Notes under the pieces: generated by a model
Seen by the model: the letters and a program-made list of their open reading frames with translations, nothing else
What the model was told of the DNA's origin: nothing
The model's database searches: none
Source of the DNA: Octopus vulgaris
Lineage: Eukaryota
Length of the DNA stretch: 64,000 nt
Assembly (NCBI GenBank): GCA_951406725.2
Contig: OX597814.1
Coordinates: 64,480,001 to 64,544,000 of the forward strand
Direction: 5' to 3'
Shown: in pieces, positions 13,006 through 26,659 of the stretch
Layout of the letters: the number at the start of each line of letters is the position of its first letter
Position numbering within the stretch: the first letter of the stretch is position 1
Position numbers and translations under genes: made by a program

Positions 13006-13255
13006 ACATGCGCCTTCACTTATATATATGTGTGTGTATGCGTGTGTGTGTGTGTGAGTGTGTATGTATGTGTGTGTGTGTGTGCATGTGCGCGCGTGTG
13101 TGTACCGTTTTATTTCAGGCAATTACATAAACCAGTGGCGTTTGAAATGTTTCAAAGTTATTCATGAGATGCATTTTGTTACAACGAGATATTTTGAAAA
13201 ATTACCTTTTTTTTAATCTTCTGCAAAATTAAATGCCTACTTAGGTTTATATAAA

Positions 13256-13328
<73 letters not shown>

Positions 13329-15635
13329 TGTATGTATGTATGTATGTATGTATGTATGTATGTATGTACGTGTGTGTGTGTGTGTGTGTGTGTGTGGTGT
13401 GAGAGAGAGAGAGAGTGAGAAAGTGACAGACAGATAGCTTGGGAGATAGATATAATGATATAAATATACATATATATATATATATATACATAAATATATA
13501 TGTACTTATCTTTTATACATAAAAATAAATATATATATCTATGTACATGTGTGTGCGTGTTTGTGAGTGTGTGTGTTTATATGTATGTGTGTGCATACCT
13601 GATAAATTAAAAGGTGTTTTATAAGTAATGAATAGTTATAAAACATTTTCAAAACGAAGGAAAACACTCGTTGGTATGCTTGTCGGTATCTTGACATGAA
13701 AATGTATGACCTTCCTCTTGATCAATTAATTTCATACATATGCAACCAGGATTACCCAATAGCATGAACAATTGAATGCATCATTGATGCAGTTTCAGCA
13801 AATATATTTCAATATTTTACAAGACATCTGGAAATAATGTGTTTTGACACTAATAATCTAATCTACTCGAATAATATTTTTTCTGAAATAGTAATATTAG
13901 TTATGGAAATATACATAAAAGAAGTACTGCATACAGTAATTAATTCATGCATCAACGCAGTATATTTGGGACTAAAATTGTAAAGTGAGTTTATTAAACA
14001 TATTCTTAGCATACTTGTAAGATAAAAACATCGCGTGAGAACAAGATTTTCGTCAACTGTAGAGGACGGTCGGAGAGACATGTTTCAGCTTCGTTAAACA
14101 CTCGTCAGATTTCGTTACTATATTCACAATCACATTTGCTTTCGACACTGGTTCTCAAACATTTTGTTTTTGTGGTACACTTTTGACTACGAAAATTGTG
14201 TATGTAAAGTGGAAATTTAAAAGCAAAATCATTATTTTAAAGTTAAAACTTTGAAAAAGTATAGAAGTATTTTGCTTGAATTTTTGTTCTATTTATCATA
14301 TTTGTGTATAACAAAATTATGAACAATTCCAAGACGCTCTTACATTAGTATGGACTCTCGGGATTATACATTAGTTTATGTTAGTTCTCTACTAGTTCTT
14401 CCATGTGACATTATTTAATCTCTTTTATTTCTAAATCTTTTGCTATTTCTAATGAAGGATTTTACTTCTGTCGTTAGTGTTCTCGTCTCTCTACAACAAT
14501 ACAAAGTTACAAACTTCACTAAATGATTTTTAATGGCGTGGGTCATTACTAGTTCGTTCATGTGCTTGATATTATTTATTTTATATTCTATTCTACCAAT
14601 ACTTTTAGCAGTAAGACTGCACAATTGCTAACCAGCAAGCAGAAATAGTTCTAGAACTCACAAATAATGTTTCTAGATGTTTTTTTGTTGAATTTTGTTT
14701 AAAGAATTTTGATTCAATATCCAAAGTTCAGTTTATGCTATAATGAGCCAGCTGTTACTCTCGAACGAGTATGAACTAGTAACATTTATATCGTTTTCAC
14801 TACTTGTTTTAAGTGCCAATGCAGTCACCAGCAGATACAGACATCCTCATAACCCTCATACCCATTAGCATAACGGTACGTAGGGAGAATCTTCTCAGAC
14901 GGAAATGAGTACCAGCACACCGTTGTATTAATTTTCAGCTGAGTAGACTGGAGTAACATAAAATGCACCGCGCGATCCGGGAATTATGATCGTGATCCGA
15001 AGCCTTCTAACCGCTCGGTGATTCATCTATGGTTTATACTACTTACTATACTCTACACATTTTAAAATAGTTCGGTAAAACACTTCAGCAACTATTTAAT
15101 ATAAGTATTCCATTACTCGAAAATTTTAAAATTTCCTAATGAGATCGTTATATATTAAAACAGGCATAGAATTTTTAAAAATCATTCTGTTTTGAAATAC
15201 TGTTTCCTACAAATCCAATGAAGTCTCCACCAGATAAAAGAACAAGTTACTTCGGAGGACGATTAGAACTCTGAAGCAAAACTGAGTAACTAAATAACGA
15301 AGAAAAAGTATTTAGGCTGATGGTCTATAGGTTTGCTGCTTCTTTTATCTCTGGTACGAATCCACAAAATTGTTGTACATGTGATGTTGTACAGGAACCA
15401 AATGCTTCTTATCTACTTATTCTATCGATCATAGATGACGGAAAGGCGAAGTCAGTTTAGCTTGGATATCAAATTAGAATATAGAATGTTGAATCCAAGT
15501 AGAATAAAATGCTTATCAATCTGATAATACCTGCATTGTTGCCTGCGATTCCCCGTCTTCCTCTATACTTTAAATATCGATTAGAAGCATTGTATTACAT
15601 ACATATATGCACACACACTCACACATATATATTTG

Positions 15636-16657
15636 GCGTGTGTGCCAAAACTGATTTCAACTGACCAAAAAGACACCTCCTTGATTGTGTCGAGAACGAT
15701 GATAACTTTATGAAAACTTTTCGTTTTGGGATTTATGTGAGTTCGTGTGTTGAAGCATATACTGTTGTGTCTGGGGACAGTCATCCTCTTTTAGTGCCTT
15801 ATAATTTAACACACCTGAAAATTCCCACTTATTTCTTTTTTATTTTTCTAAAATCTTTGTTGTGTCTTACAACGTTTGAAAAGTTGGCAAAACGCAACGA
15901 AAATTTTAGAAAAATAATAAAGAAATAATTGAAAATTTTACCGTTGAGTATGTTAAATTATAAGGCACTAAAAGATAATGATTCTCCCCAGGCACAACAG
16001 AATATGCTTCAACACACGAACTCACATAAAGAATCTTATAAACTAAATCCCAAAACGAAAAGTTTTCATAAAGTTTTCATCGTTCTCGACACAATCAAGG
16101 AGATTTTGTGCAACAGAAACCCGAGTGTCTTTTTGGTCAGCTGAAATCAGTTTTGGCACACACGCGTCTCATGCCCAAATCTTCAGTGATAATGAAATGA
16201 ACTGAACCGTAACTAATCTGCACATCCTTTTATATAACTCACGGATGGTGATTCGATGATTTCCTCTCATAGCTGAAAGCACATCTGCGATGTTTTTCTC
16301 AGTTCTGCTGGTTGTTGTTCTAGCGGAACGCTCGTCACTCGCCACTTTGGAAACGTCTGAACCACTCGTACACTTGTGTGCGTCTCATACACTCCTCCCA
16401 TACACTCTCTGTAATTTTGCGTAGGCCTCTGAGCAGGTATCACCATGATAACCTTCTCTGTCATAGTTAATGCGACGATCACACGTTACACATGTTACTT
16501 GGAGGAACTGTTATAAACAGCAGAAGTGAGCTAGAACGTCAAAAATTAGTGCACATGCACAGCAGAGGTCAACGTCAATCTGTGCCAAGTGACTTTACTT
16601 TGCATCTTTAGCTTCGTTATTATGGCAACAGTCAGGATACTTATTGATCAGACCTCG
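15636..16657 (-). mobile_element. Mariner-derived foldback element: terminal repeat and transposase 5' remnant running into a ~530-bp palindrome
   Basis: Right end reads TA|cgaggtctgatcaataagtatcc on the minus strand (16657). Frameshifted transposase N-terminus ...CMRRTQVYEWFRRFQ...HRITIREL...ISYGSVHFIITEDLGMRRVCAK...DQKDTRVSVAQNLLDCVENDENFMKTF. Region 15636-16165 is self-complementary. Confidence 0.85.
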
Positions 16658-19205
16658 TATGTTAACATATATCTCTCTCTCCCTTTACATACATACATAC
16701 ATACCTACATACATACAAGCATACATGCATACATACATACATACATACATACATACATACATACATACATACATACATACATACATACATGCATGCATAT
16801 ATATATATATGAGTATTTGTATGTGTGCATATACGTGTATGAATATATATTTGTGTGTGTACGTATGCGTGGTAGTATTTATTGCAAATATGCATTTGGT
16901 TACTATTTATTCAAATGAAATGTTATAACATGAAGATATAAACTACTAAAGTTCTCTCACTTCGCTTATCTTAAAACTATCATAATACGTCAGAGCACTG
17001 TTTCATTTATTATTTTAAACGTTTTTATGGGTTTATATTACACATTCTTTATACCTACTCAGTAAACATAGAAGTTCAGGTATGCATACATCCTTAGTAG
17101 TTTTTTTTTAATCTGGCGATTGTGTATTAAGATTCAGGGCCGATAGATAACCCTTTATTTTGCATCAGCTTCGGTATCATTCTGGTTTCTTTTGTGTCAC
17201 CCTCTACTTCTCTACTTCTCAATGAGCATTAATGCTTTTGCAGCCCAGAACGTACATCAGAAACGAAATATTCCCATCCGCAAGTCTTCTTTATTTTTCC
17301 GCTTACGAGGCATCGTCTTCTCTGAACCGAGCACTAATTTCATGTACTATGAAAAACTTCTGTGACGTGAACGAGATAAAAAGATCTGATTCAGCATAAT
17401 AAAGACGCAAATGTTACATATTCGTGACCAACACAGCTAAATCCATCAAGCTATATATTAATAACAGGCATTAAAGTTTTAAGTGATATCAAATAATTTC
17501 AGCCTTCTGGTATGGACAATATCAGTTTTAGGAGCGTTCTAAAATACATTATAATCGACTATAAACATACGCTAATATTTTTATTTTAAAAAATCAACTT
17601 TTCGTTGGGCAGCTTTATAGCGGTGAACCACATCGTTCATCTGTGTGCTACCAGCAAATGACTGGAGCTATCCGTCGCGGTCATGAGCATTCTCACATGT
17701 TTTTCAGTCTCTTTAAAAATCCAAGTTATTCGTGGTACCTCATCTAAATTTTCTATCTTTAATATCACATCTTCTTTAACATACTTTTTGTAAGGGAAAA
17801 TTTAAATTAAGCTACATGGACTGGAGCGAATTGCAGAAATATCATTTAGCAGGAATTGAAAATTAAAAAATCTGATGAAGTTAAACACTTTTGTAGAAGA
17901 CAATAATAAAGTATTATTAGAATCGTGTAAACAACTAAATTGCCCCACAATACTGTATATGTTATAAGTCCAAATCCCACCAGAATCTATTCTGCCTCTT
18001 ATCAACCATGACACGTTAAACTAAATACCATACGATGTTTCAACTGGAAATTAAGGGCGAGACAATCCTTGGAACGAAAACATTTTGCAGACAGTAATAT
18101 TTAAGCTAGTTAAGTTTGATTATAGGTAATGGGGATAAATAATATTTTCCAAGAAATACGGAAAGCATAGAGTGATCGATAGTCAATAGAGACTGAATCT
18201 ATATAGAGAATAGGAAATTTCTCAGGGATGTCTTCTGCTTCGAGAACATGTAGCTAAAGTGCAATCTAATGTGAACCAAAAATAATCTTTAATCAATTCA
18301 CACCGTACGTTAAACCCGTAATGTGATGATTCACGGAGTAATTTACCGTCGTTATTTTAAAGTTGCTGTCTGAATTTTCACACAAGACCTACACTCTTTC
18401 AGTCGTTTTTGCACGTACATGTTAGAGTATAGCTTGTTGGGAAGGTCTAATACGGCCGAGGTATGTTTACAGTGGTCACTTTACCACAGATCAGTAACAC
18501 TTTCACTTCCCACTGCATATAATGTTTATTAGATAATTTTTCAGAGTTCTTCCCTCTTGACCTCCTTTAAAACATTGCCGTTAAATTTACCGAGATTTCA
18601 TTGAAGCTAAAATTCCAATTAATTACGCACTTGATAACATATATTGTATGCTACCAATAGGAGTGTTATTAGTCGTAGATATTATTCAGTATCAATGGCT
18701 TAGATTAACTATAGGTTGTGAAGTGATGATATAATGAATGAAGCTATAGTTATCTTGCAATGCCGAATTATAATGCAAAATTTAGCTTCAAGAAAGTACC
18801 CCGAACTCACCTGTTTAAATTTTTCTTTAAAACCATATTGATACTTTGATAATGCAAAACAAAAGACAGAAGTGTACAATGGATTGTGTGATCTGTACTG
18901 GCAAATGACTTCAGAATCTTACTTTCTATAATTGAGAGAATTAATGGCAAATGTCGTTATATGATTGTAAATAGTGTTACTAGGGGTCATATATTTATTA
19001 ACATAAATAGATTATAAAAGGAAGAGTTAGCGATAAAGCTCAGGAATCTTATCAAATGATAAATGCTCAGTAAATTAGTGTTAGTATTTGATAAACTATG
19101 TAGACACTCAGAGTCGAAGGTAAGCACGAAAGTCTTTTTCTTGTCCAGTAATACCGAAGACGAGTAAATATACTCAATCAGCATGAATTAAAGTCACATA
19201 CACAT

Positions 19206-19345
19206 GTATGTATGTATGTATGTATGTATGTATGTATGTATGTATGTATGTATGTATGTATGTATGTATGTATGTATGCATGTATGCATGTATGTATGTA
19301 TGTATGTATGTATGTATGTATGTATGTATGTATGTATGTATGTAT
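19206..19345. repeat. (TATG)n microsatellite
   Basis: Direct inspection; similar arrays at 13300-13367, 16688-16790 and 62425-62505. Confidence 0.95.
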
Positions 19346-19700
19346 GCGCGGGGACATAGAAATAATCGGACTGAATACCCGATCGCGCGGTTAAACCATT
19401 GGGAGTGAAGGACTCCTAGCCTTTGTTATGGCATCCTTCTAGGAGAAGGTAACTTAGGTAACTGGGATAACTCCGACATTAAACCTGCGGCTCAGTGGTT
19501 ACCAATGATGTTGACTTGTTCTTCTTTTCGGATTATGACTGCTGTTGCTTAGTGAGTGGGATTGACTCAGTGCACAGCCTTTCCTCACTTAAAAAAAATC
19601 TTCTTGCACAGGCATTGCACGATAACAACATTGATTAAGCTTCGTGCAATGGCCATACTCGATAATGAGGGGGCAGCCACCATATGTATGTATGTATGTA
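19346..19700 (+). mobile_element. Short non-autonomous retroelement (possibly RTE-derived) with (TATG)n tail
   Basis: GC-richer ~340-bp island between TATG arrays; contains ttctaggagaaggtaact...attaaacctg, resembling recalled RTE 5' UTR motifs. Confidence 0.45.
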
Positions 19701-19804
19701 TGTTTTCTTTTTTTAGTTATTTAAATTCTTCCTCTGAAGAAGAAGCCGTACCACCATTGAAATGTACATTCTAAAAAGAATGTCACATTTTAAACTTATA
19801 TATA

Positions 19805-21067
19805 TATGCAGATTATACAGAAGTAAGGAACGTTTTGAAACATGAAATTCATCACAATATATTTCAACGCGAAAATTTTATTCATTAAAGTAAGTACTAT
19901 TACAATCAACAGATGTTTGCTAACAAGTTACAAGTTTGTTAATTACGGTAACATAAAGATCTGGAGTTCTGGAGCTGATGAACTCTTTGAACACTCTTTC
20001 AGCATCCGTTTGGTTTTTGAACTCCTTCTCTTGCAGGAAACCATCAAGATGCTTGGAAAAGTGATAGTCGTTAGGAGGAAGGCTTGGGGAGTAAGCTGGG
20101 TGGGGAAGAACTTCGTAGCCAATTTCCCTCAACTTCTAGAGCGACATTAGTGAAATGTGTGGTCAAGCATTGTCATGGAGAATTACTGGCCCTCTTCTAT
20201 TGACTAGTCTGGGACGGAGAAGTAGTTTTTCGTTCATATTGACAATATCATGGCAATGTGCTTCTGCAGTAATGATTTTTCCGGGTTTTGAGAAGTTATA
20301 GTGGATGAGTCCAGTAGTACTCCACCAAACAGTCACCATAATCTTCTTTTTGAAGAACTCGGGTTTAGGGAAGACTTTTTGGTGCTTCATTTTAGGTCCA
20401 ACGTTTTTCATCAATGTACAGAATCCACTTTTCATCGCAAGTTACAATATAGTCGAGAAATGATCGGTCTGGTTACGGTGAAGCGACGAACAAATTTAAT
20501 ATCTGCGCATTTTCTGATTTTCATTTAAATCGTGTGGTACCCATTTGTCGAGCTTTTTTGATTTTCCGATCGTATGCAAAATAGTTGTAGGCAGTTTTCT
20601 GGCTAACTTGAAGTTCTTTTGTCAGTTCTTGAATGGCTTTACGTGGATATTTCTCAATGACGGCTTTAATTGACCGTCGTCGATGACAGATGGGCGTCCA
20701 CTACGCTCACGATCATTAAGGCCCAGGTCTCCACCGTGAAATCGTTTAAACAATTTTCGAGCAGACTACTCAGTGGCCATTTCCTCATAAAACGTTTCGT
20801 TGATATCGCGAGCAGTTACAACTGCTTTACGTCCTTTTTTGAAGTTCAATTGCAAAATTTCTCGAATATCGCGCTTTGGCAGTTCTATTTCAGATGATTG
20901 TAACAACGGTGAAAGAAATATCAATGTTAATTTATTGATGCATTTGTGCAAGTCTATGTCTGTACAGACTATTGCAAATAAATGTGTAAAAAAATTAAAA
21001 ACTCTGCAAAATCCAGTACAAATTTTTCATGGTTTAAAATGCTGCTTACTTTTTACTCAACCTGATA
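19805..21067 (-). mobile_element. Near full-length decayed mariner (DD34D) transposon
   Basis: About 1.26 kb with degenerate TIRs (tatgcagattatacagaagtaaggaacgttttgaaacatgaaa versus reverse complement tatcaggttgagtaaaaagtaagcagcattttaaaccatgaaa). Motifs KLDKWVPHDL, IVTCDEKWILY, LHDNA and HPAYSPSLPPNDYHF with exactly 34 residues between the last two Asp; contains stops and frameshifts. Confidence 0.93.
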
Positions 21068-21101
21068 TATATATATATATATAAACTTACTTGGAAATGA
21101 A

Positions 21102-21158
<57 letters not shown>

Positions 21159-21159
21159 T

Positions 21160-21350
21160 ATATATGATAGATCGCTAGCCACTAAACCTTTTTTATTTTC
21201 TCTCCCTATTTATTTCTGTGTTCCTTTCTGTGGAAGAGCGTAGGCTCGAAACGTGAAAGACTTTCTCACTTCCCGAGCGTTAAACTAATACATCTGTTTG
21301 TTATTTACACACTCGTCTTCGTCTTTTTTTTTGTAAATTCTCACTATATA
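21160..21350 (+). mobile_element. Solo Penelope-type terminal-repeat fragment with degenerate minimal hammerhead motif (21224-21259)
   Basis: cttt-CTGTGGA-a-GAGC gtag GCTC-GAAAC-GTG-aaag has hammerhead topology with mutated core and cleavage triplet. Confidence 0.55.
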
Positions 21351-21418
21351 TATGTGTGTGTGTGTGTCTGTGTGTGTGTGTATGTGTAAATATATATATA
21401 TATATGTATATATATATA

Positions 21419-21831
21419 GGCGCAGGAGTGGCTGTGTGGTAAGTAGCTTGCTAACCAACCACATGGTTCCGGGTTCAGTCCCACTGCGTGGCATCTTGGG
21501 CAAGTGTCTTCTGCTATAGCCCCGGGCTGACCAATGCCTTGTGAGTGGATTTGGTAGACGGAAACTGAAAGAAGCCTGTCGTATATATGTATATATATAT
21601 ATATGTATGTGTGTATGTGTTTGTGTGTCTGTGTTTGTCTCCCTAGCATTGCTTGACAACCTATGCTGGTGTGTTTACATCGCTGTCACTTAGCGGTTCG
21701 GCAAAAGAGACCGATAGAATAAGTACTGGGCTTACAAAGAATAAGTCCCGGGGTCGATTTGCTCGACTAAAGGCGGTGCTCCAGCATGGCCACAGTCAAA
21801 TGACTGAAACAAGTAAAAGAGTAAAAGAGTA
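21419..21831 (+). mobile_element. SINE family B, full length
   Basis: A-box (gtggctgtgtggt), B-box (ggttcagtccc), cttgggcaagtgtcttc core, internal TA/TG microsatellite, tail gtaaaagagtaaaagagt. Confidence 0.9.
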
Positions 21832-21834
21832 TAC

Positions 21835-21931
<97 letters not shown>

Positions 21932-22702
21932 TATGTATGTATATATGTATGTAAATATTTTATTTTGCTTATCGTGGACAAGTCAGTTTCTTGGAACTCA
22001 GAGTTTCACCTGGAGGTACACAAGATCTTCAAGAAGCTTGTGATTGGAAAATCGAGAGAGTTTGCTAACATTTTATATAAACATGTCTGTATGTGTACAC
22101 ACACACACATACTCACACACACACACACACAAAAACACATACACACACACACACAGAACCCCTACTCCACACCCATACATATTCATGCATGCCACATATC
22201 GCTATCAAGATAAGTAGAAAGGAGTGCAAAAGATTAAAAGAAACTTCTTGATGAAACGGAAGTGTAACCTAAGTAGCAAGAGAAGAAAAGCTGTTTACAT
22301 TTCTGCACAGAAAATTAAGGGAATCGCAAGAATACCAAAATTCAAATTTGTTTCATATTTTATTACGAACATAATGCAGAAGATTCATTTGCCCAAATTG
22401 CACAATTTTCATAAACAGTCTTGGGACTTTATTTTTTTAAAAACTTATTCTTCTTAATTTCTGTTTTTATCTACCCTACTCTTCTGCTGTGATATATGTG
22501 TGTGTGTGTGTCCATACAGATATAGCCTATGAATGCATATGAATATATGCATACGCTGCCGTCTATGTATATGTGTATGTTTATATATGTGTATATCTTT
22601 CTGTTTGTACATGTGTATTTGTGCGTGCGTAAATTTGTATGTGTGCGTATATATATATAAGCAAGTATACATATACAATACATATATATACATATAAATA
22701 TA

Positions 22703-22791
<89 letters not shown>

Positions 22792-23739
22792 GCATACACA
22801 CTCTCACACATGCATATATTCATACATAGACATATATATACGCATGTTTTTGTGTGTTTGTAAGAAACTAAATACGCTTTTAGAAATACAGACAACCAAA
22901 GTCTAGTAGAGCCACATAAATAACGTCAGAAAAGCCCTGCACAATACGATAACCTTTCTAACAGATGTTTTAGAAAGCAGTACTCTGGAATATTTCACTC
23001 TACAACCATGTGGCTGGCTATTTCACAGTAAGTGACTTAACTAAATGATTGTTAGAATTTAGGCCTAGGGACAGTGTCTTAACTACAAAGTTCAGGACGT
23101 CCACGGTTGAAAATTCTTTTTCTCATATGTGCATTACAACAGTACTGGCTTAAACCTAAACAATAATATTATATAATTGGGCTGTCGCAGTGCCTTTTTG
23201 ATTGTTGGTAGAAATGAGGATCTTGTGATTAGCTAAAGAGCTAATATTTCAGAAATATTTTTACCATGAATCCATTTATTTTAATTGACTTAAGACATTA
23301 GATTCATATCCACAGGAAAGTTGACCTCAGATTTATGATTCAGTAATATTAGCATCTGATGCAAGATTTTTGAAAAAATATCTACAAAAAGTATACCTTA
23401 AAATGTGGATGTATTCTCTAATAGAAGAACGTTTTACATTTAGTGGAGATTAACAATTCCTAAGGGTGATATATCATCATAGATTTCGTGATAACAAAAC
23501 AATGTAATATCTTGCCAGTTTGGGTAATTGCAGTCTGTTATTGTTTTTATTCTTAGTGTTTACAGTAATCTTTGACTCGGCTTTCAGAATCGCTATTGCA
23601 TTACCATTTGTGGAATAAATGTTTATATGCAAACAGATATTTAATAAAACATTGTCTACTTGACGAAGCATACCTTTCGAAGTATTAATTATCTCATGTG
23701 TAAAAAATGAGGAAATATTGATAAATTGCTTCATAACAA

Positions 23740-23975
<236 letters not shown>

Positions 23976-25102
23976 AGATATGGCTATGATAAAGTATTTA
24001 TAAATTATTAAATCATCCTCACTAATTCCTGGAATTCTTACATTTGTAGCGAATCCTAGAAATTAAAAGTATTTTTTCTCCATAATAACAATTTGACACC
24101 TCTCACAGCAGTACTGATTTGAGGCCTTGTGGGAAATAGAAGAGTGCAGTTGATTGAATCGACACCTGTGTATACCTAGTATGAGTTTCTTTCACCAATA
24201 ACGTATTGAAAAACAAAACTGATTCTGACAGTGTTCGCATGTCGAAGAATAAAACTAAATATTGTCAATTTGTTGTACGATGAACTATTATTTACACCAT
24301 AGCACTAACTTACTGATATCTTAATCATTCATTGCGGTGATTTATTCAGTAGAACAAGAGCTAAGCTCATAGTGTCAAGTGCATGTTAGATTTTCTATTT
24401 CATGTCATTATCTTTTGCCGAAATTGTTGATGCTTTATGGAAAGTTATGAACATTATAACTTTTTCTTCATATAATAATATAACCTAATAAAGTGACATG
24501 AATAATAATACATTTTAATTTTGAGTGATTTAATCGGAAAAATTATATGCAATTATAAGAACTTAGGCAAAATATGTAAAGTGATATCAATAAATAAAAA
24601 CAAAGAGATGTGTTATCTTTAGGTTGATTAATGTTGCTATAACATTTCGGAAAAGTTACCCCTTATCAAATGGAAGAAAGATAACAAAGAAAAAGAAAAA
24701 AAACAAGAGTTCGGCAAAATAGCATTAGTATCTAATTTTACTCTAAATTGAATCACGAGATAAAGATGCGTGTATTAAACAGAATGCAAATAATAATTGA
24801 ATTTGATTTTCAAAACCAATTTTTGTTTATTATTAACCTTCTTATGTAGCGAATTTACTTTTGAAATTAGAAAGATTATCACTTGTTCATTAACTTAAAT
24901 AGTATTCAAAGATAATAAATTGACAAGACAATGATCCTTCCGATTCAGAAATCCAGCCAAATCGAAACCATACCAAACTAAATCTATGAAGTACCAAATT
25001 CCAATGAGAAATTCTAAAAATTGAATTTCGATAATTCAAAGTACATCCCATTATATGAATTAAAACGATTAAAAGTTACATGAATATGGATAACACTTTA
25101 CC

Positions 25103-25440
25103 ATGCTTAGCGGCATTTCGTCCGTCATTAGGTTCCGAGTTCAATTTCCACCGAGGTCGACTTTGTCTTTCATCATTTTGGAGTCGATAAAATAAGTAAG
25201 TTGAGTACTGAGGCCAATGTAATCAACTTACACCGCTCCCGAACTAGCTAGCCTTGTGCCAAAATTTTAAAACCAATATTGTACCATCATATTAAATCGT
25301 TAACACACCGGGTAAAATGCTTAGTGGCATTTCGTCAGTCTTTGCGTTCTGAAGGTCAACTTTGCCTTTCATTCATTTCGGTGACGATAAAAGAAGTCTC
25401 CGAAATTGCTGGTCCTGTGTGAAAACTTGAAACCAATATT
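25103..25440 (+). mobile_element. Two tandem SINE family A copies
   Basis: atgcttagcggcatttcgtccgtc...gaggtcgactttg and aaatgcttagtggcatttcgtc...; both end aaaccaatatt. Confidence 0.8.
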
Positions 25441-25656
25441 CTGACATTGTATTGTACAACAAACGTGAATTAAATTAGCTGAGACCACTCTACACGAAAG
25501 TATTGAATAGAGCAGAAATCGCCGGTGTAAGAAATAGGTCAATCAAATGGCTCAACTAGAAATCGAAAATGATCTGCTGAATTGGTTTCCTCAAGGATTG
25601 CCATAACTCTGCTGCTGAGTTATTTTGAATACGCACGCGCACTCACGGACACAAAC

Positions 25657-26038
25657 ATGGTTATGACGACGAGGGTTCCAGTTGATCAGATCAACGGAAC
25701 AGACTGCCTGTGAAATTAACGTGCAAGTGGCTGAGCACTCCAGAGACACGTGTACCCTTAACATAGTCCTCGGAGTGATTCAGCGTGACACAGAGTTTGA
25801 CAAGACTGGCCCTTTGAAATACAGGAAGAAACAGGAAGAAAAAGTGAGAGAAAGTTGTGGTGAAAGAACACAGCAGAGTTCGCCACCACCTTTGTTAGAG
25901 CCTCGTGGAGCTTTAGGTGTTTTCGCTCAATAAACACACACAACGCCCGGTCTGGGAATCAAAACCACGATTCTACGACCGCAAGTCCGCTGCCCTAACC
26001 ACTGATCCATGGCGCCATCCTGGGCCATTGCGCCTCCA
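25657..26038 (-). mobile_element. tRNA-derived SINE family D, 3' variant 1
   Basis: Minus strand tggaggcgcaatggcccag...tggttagggcagcggac...gattcccagaccgggcgttgtgtgtgtttattgagcgaaaacacctaaag; same head and body as 54522-54810. Confidence 0.8.
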
Positions 26039-26416
26039 CACACATACATACACAAATATACACACATGCACAGATACAAACGTACAATTATTGGTTGAAT
26101 GATATTTTGCATCGAATCTCAAATTAACCGACTGTATATCGTTGACGTCAACCAGATCTGCGTGTAAAATATCTAAAGTGAATGATCGAGAGTTTTCGAT
26201 TCTAACTCTTGCAGACATAAATCTGTTTCTCTTTTTCTAGTAATAAATATGACAATTGATAAGCATTTAATGGGAAGAGAAACGACATATCTTATAGAGA
26301 TTGCCTTCTTGTCTATATTATGGCACTACAGTTCTATATTTAAGAGATGAGGAAATATGTACATTATTTACATTATTTACATTTGACGGTTATTTGTCTT
26401 TATCTTGTTTCTTGTT

Positions 26417-26462
26417 AACACAACGTTTCGGCTGATATACCCTCCAGCCTTCATCAAGTGTC
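26417..26462 (-). ncRNA. Minimal type I hammerhead ribozyme motif (left arm, C3-to-U core change)
   Basis: Minus strand gacac-TTGATGA-a-GGCTG gagggtatat CAGCC-GAAAC-GTT-gtgtt. Confidence 0.65.
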
Positions 26463-26523
26463 TTGGGGAAATTTCGAAGCTGGGTTCTCATTCCTAAGGT
26501 ATTTTCGATGTCATTATTATTAA

Positions 26524-26569
<46 letters not shown>

Positions 26570-26659
26570 TTATTTTTATTATTATTATTCAGGTCACTGC
26601 TTGGAATCGAACACGGAATCTTGGTGTTAGTAGCCCGTGCTCTTAACCATTACGCCAAA

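Noticed and set aside
17040-18900. Possible decayed transposon coding sequence (MPRKRK start on minus strand near 17313)
   Set aside because: No diagnostic motif could be read.
19725-19790. ctgaaga...gaaa hammerhead-like words
   Set aside because: No pairing stem II or valid stem I.
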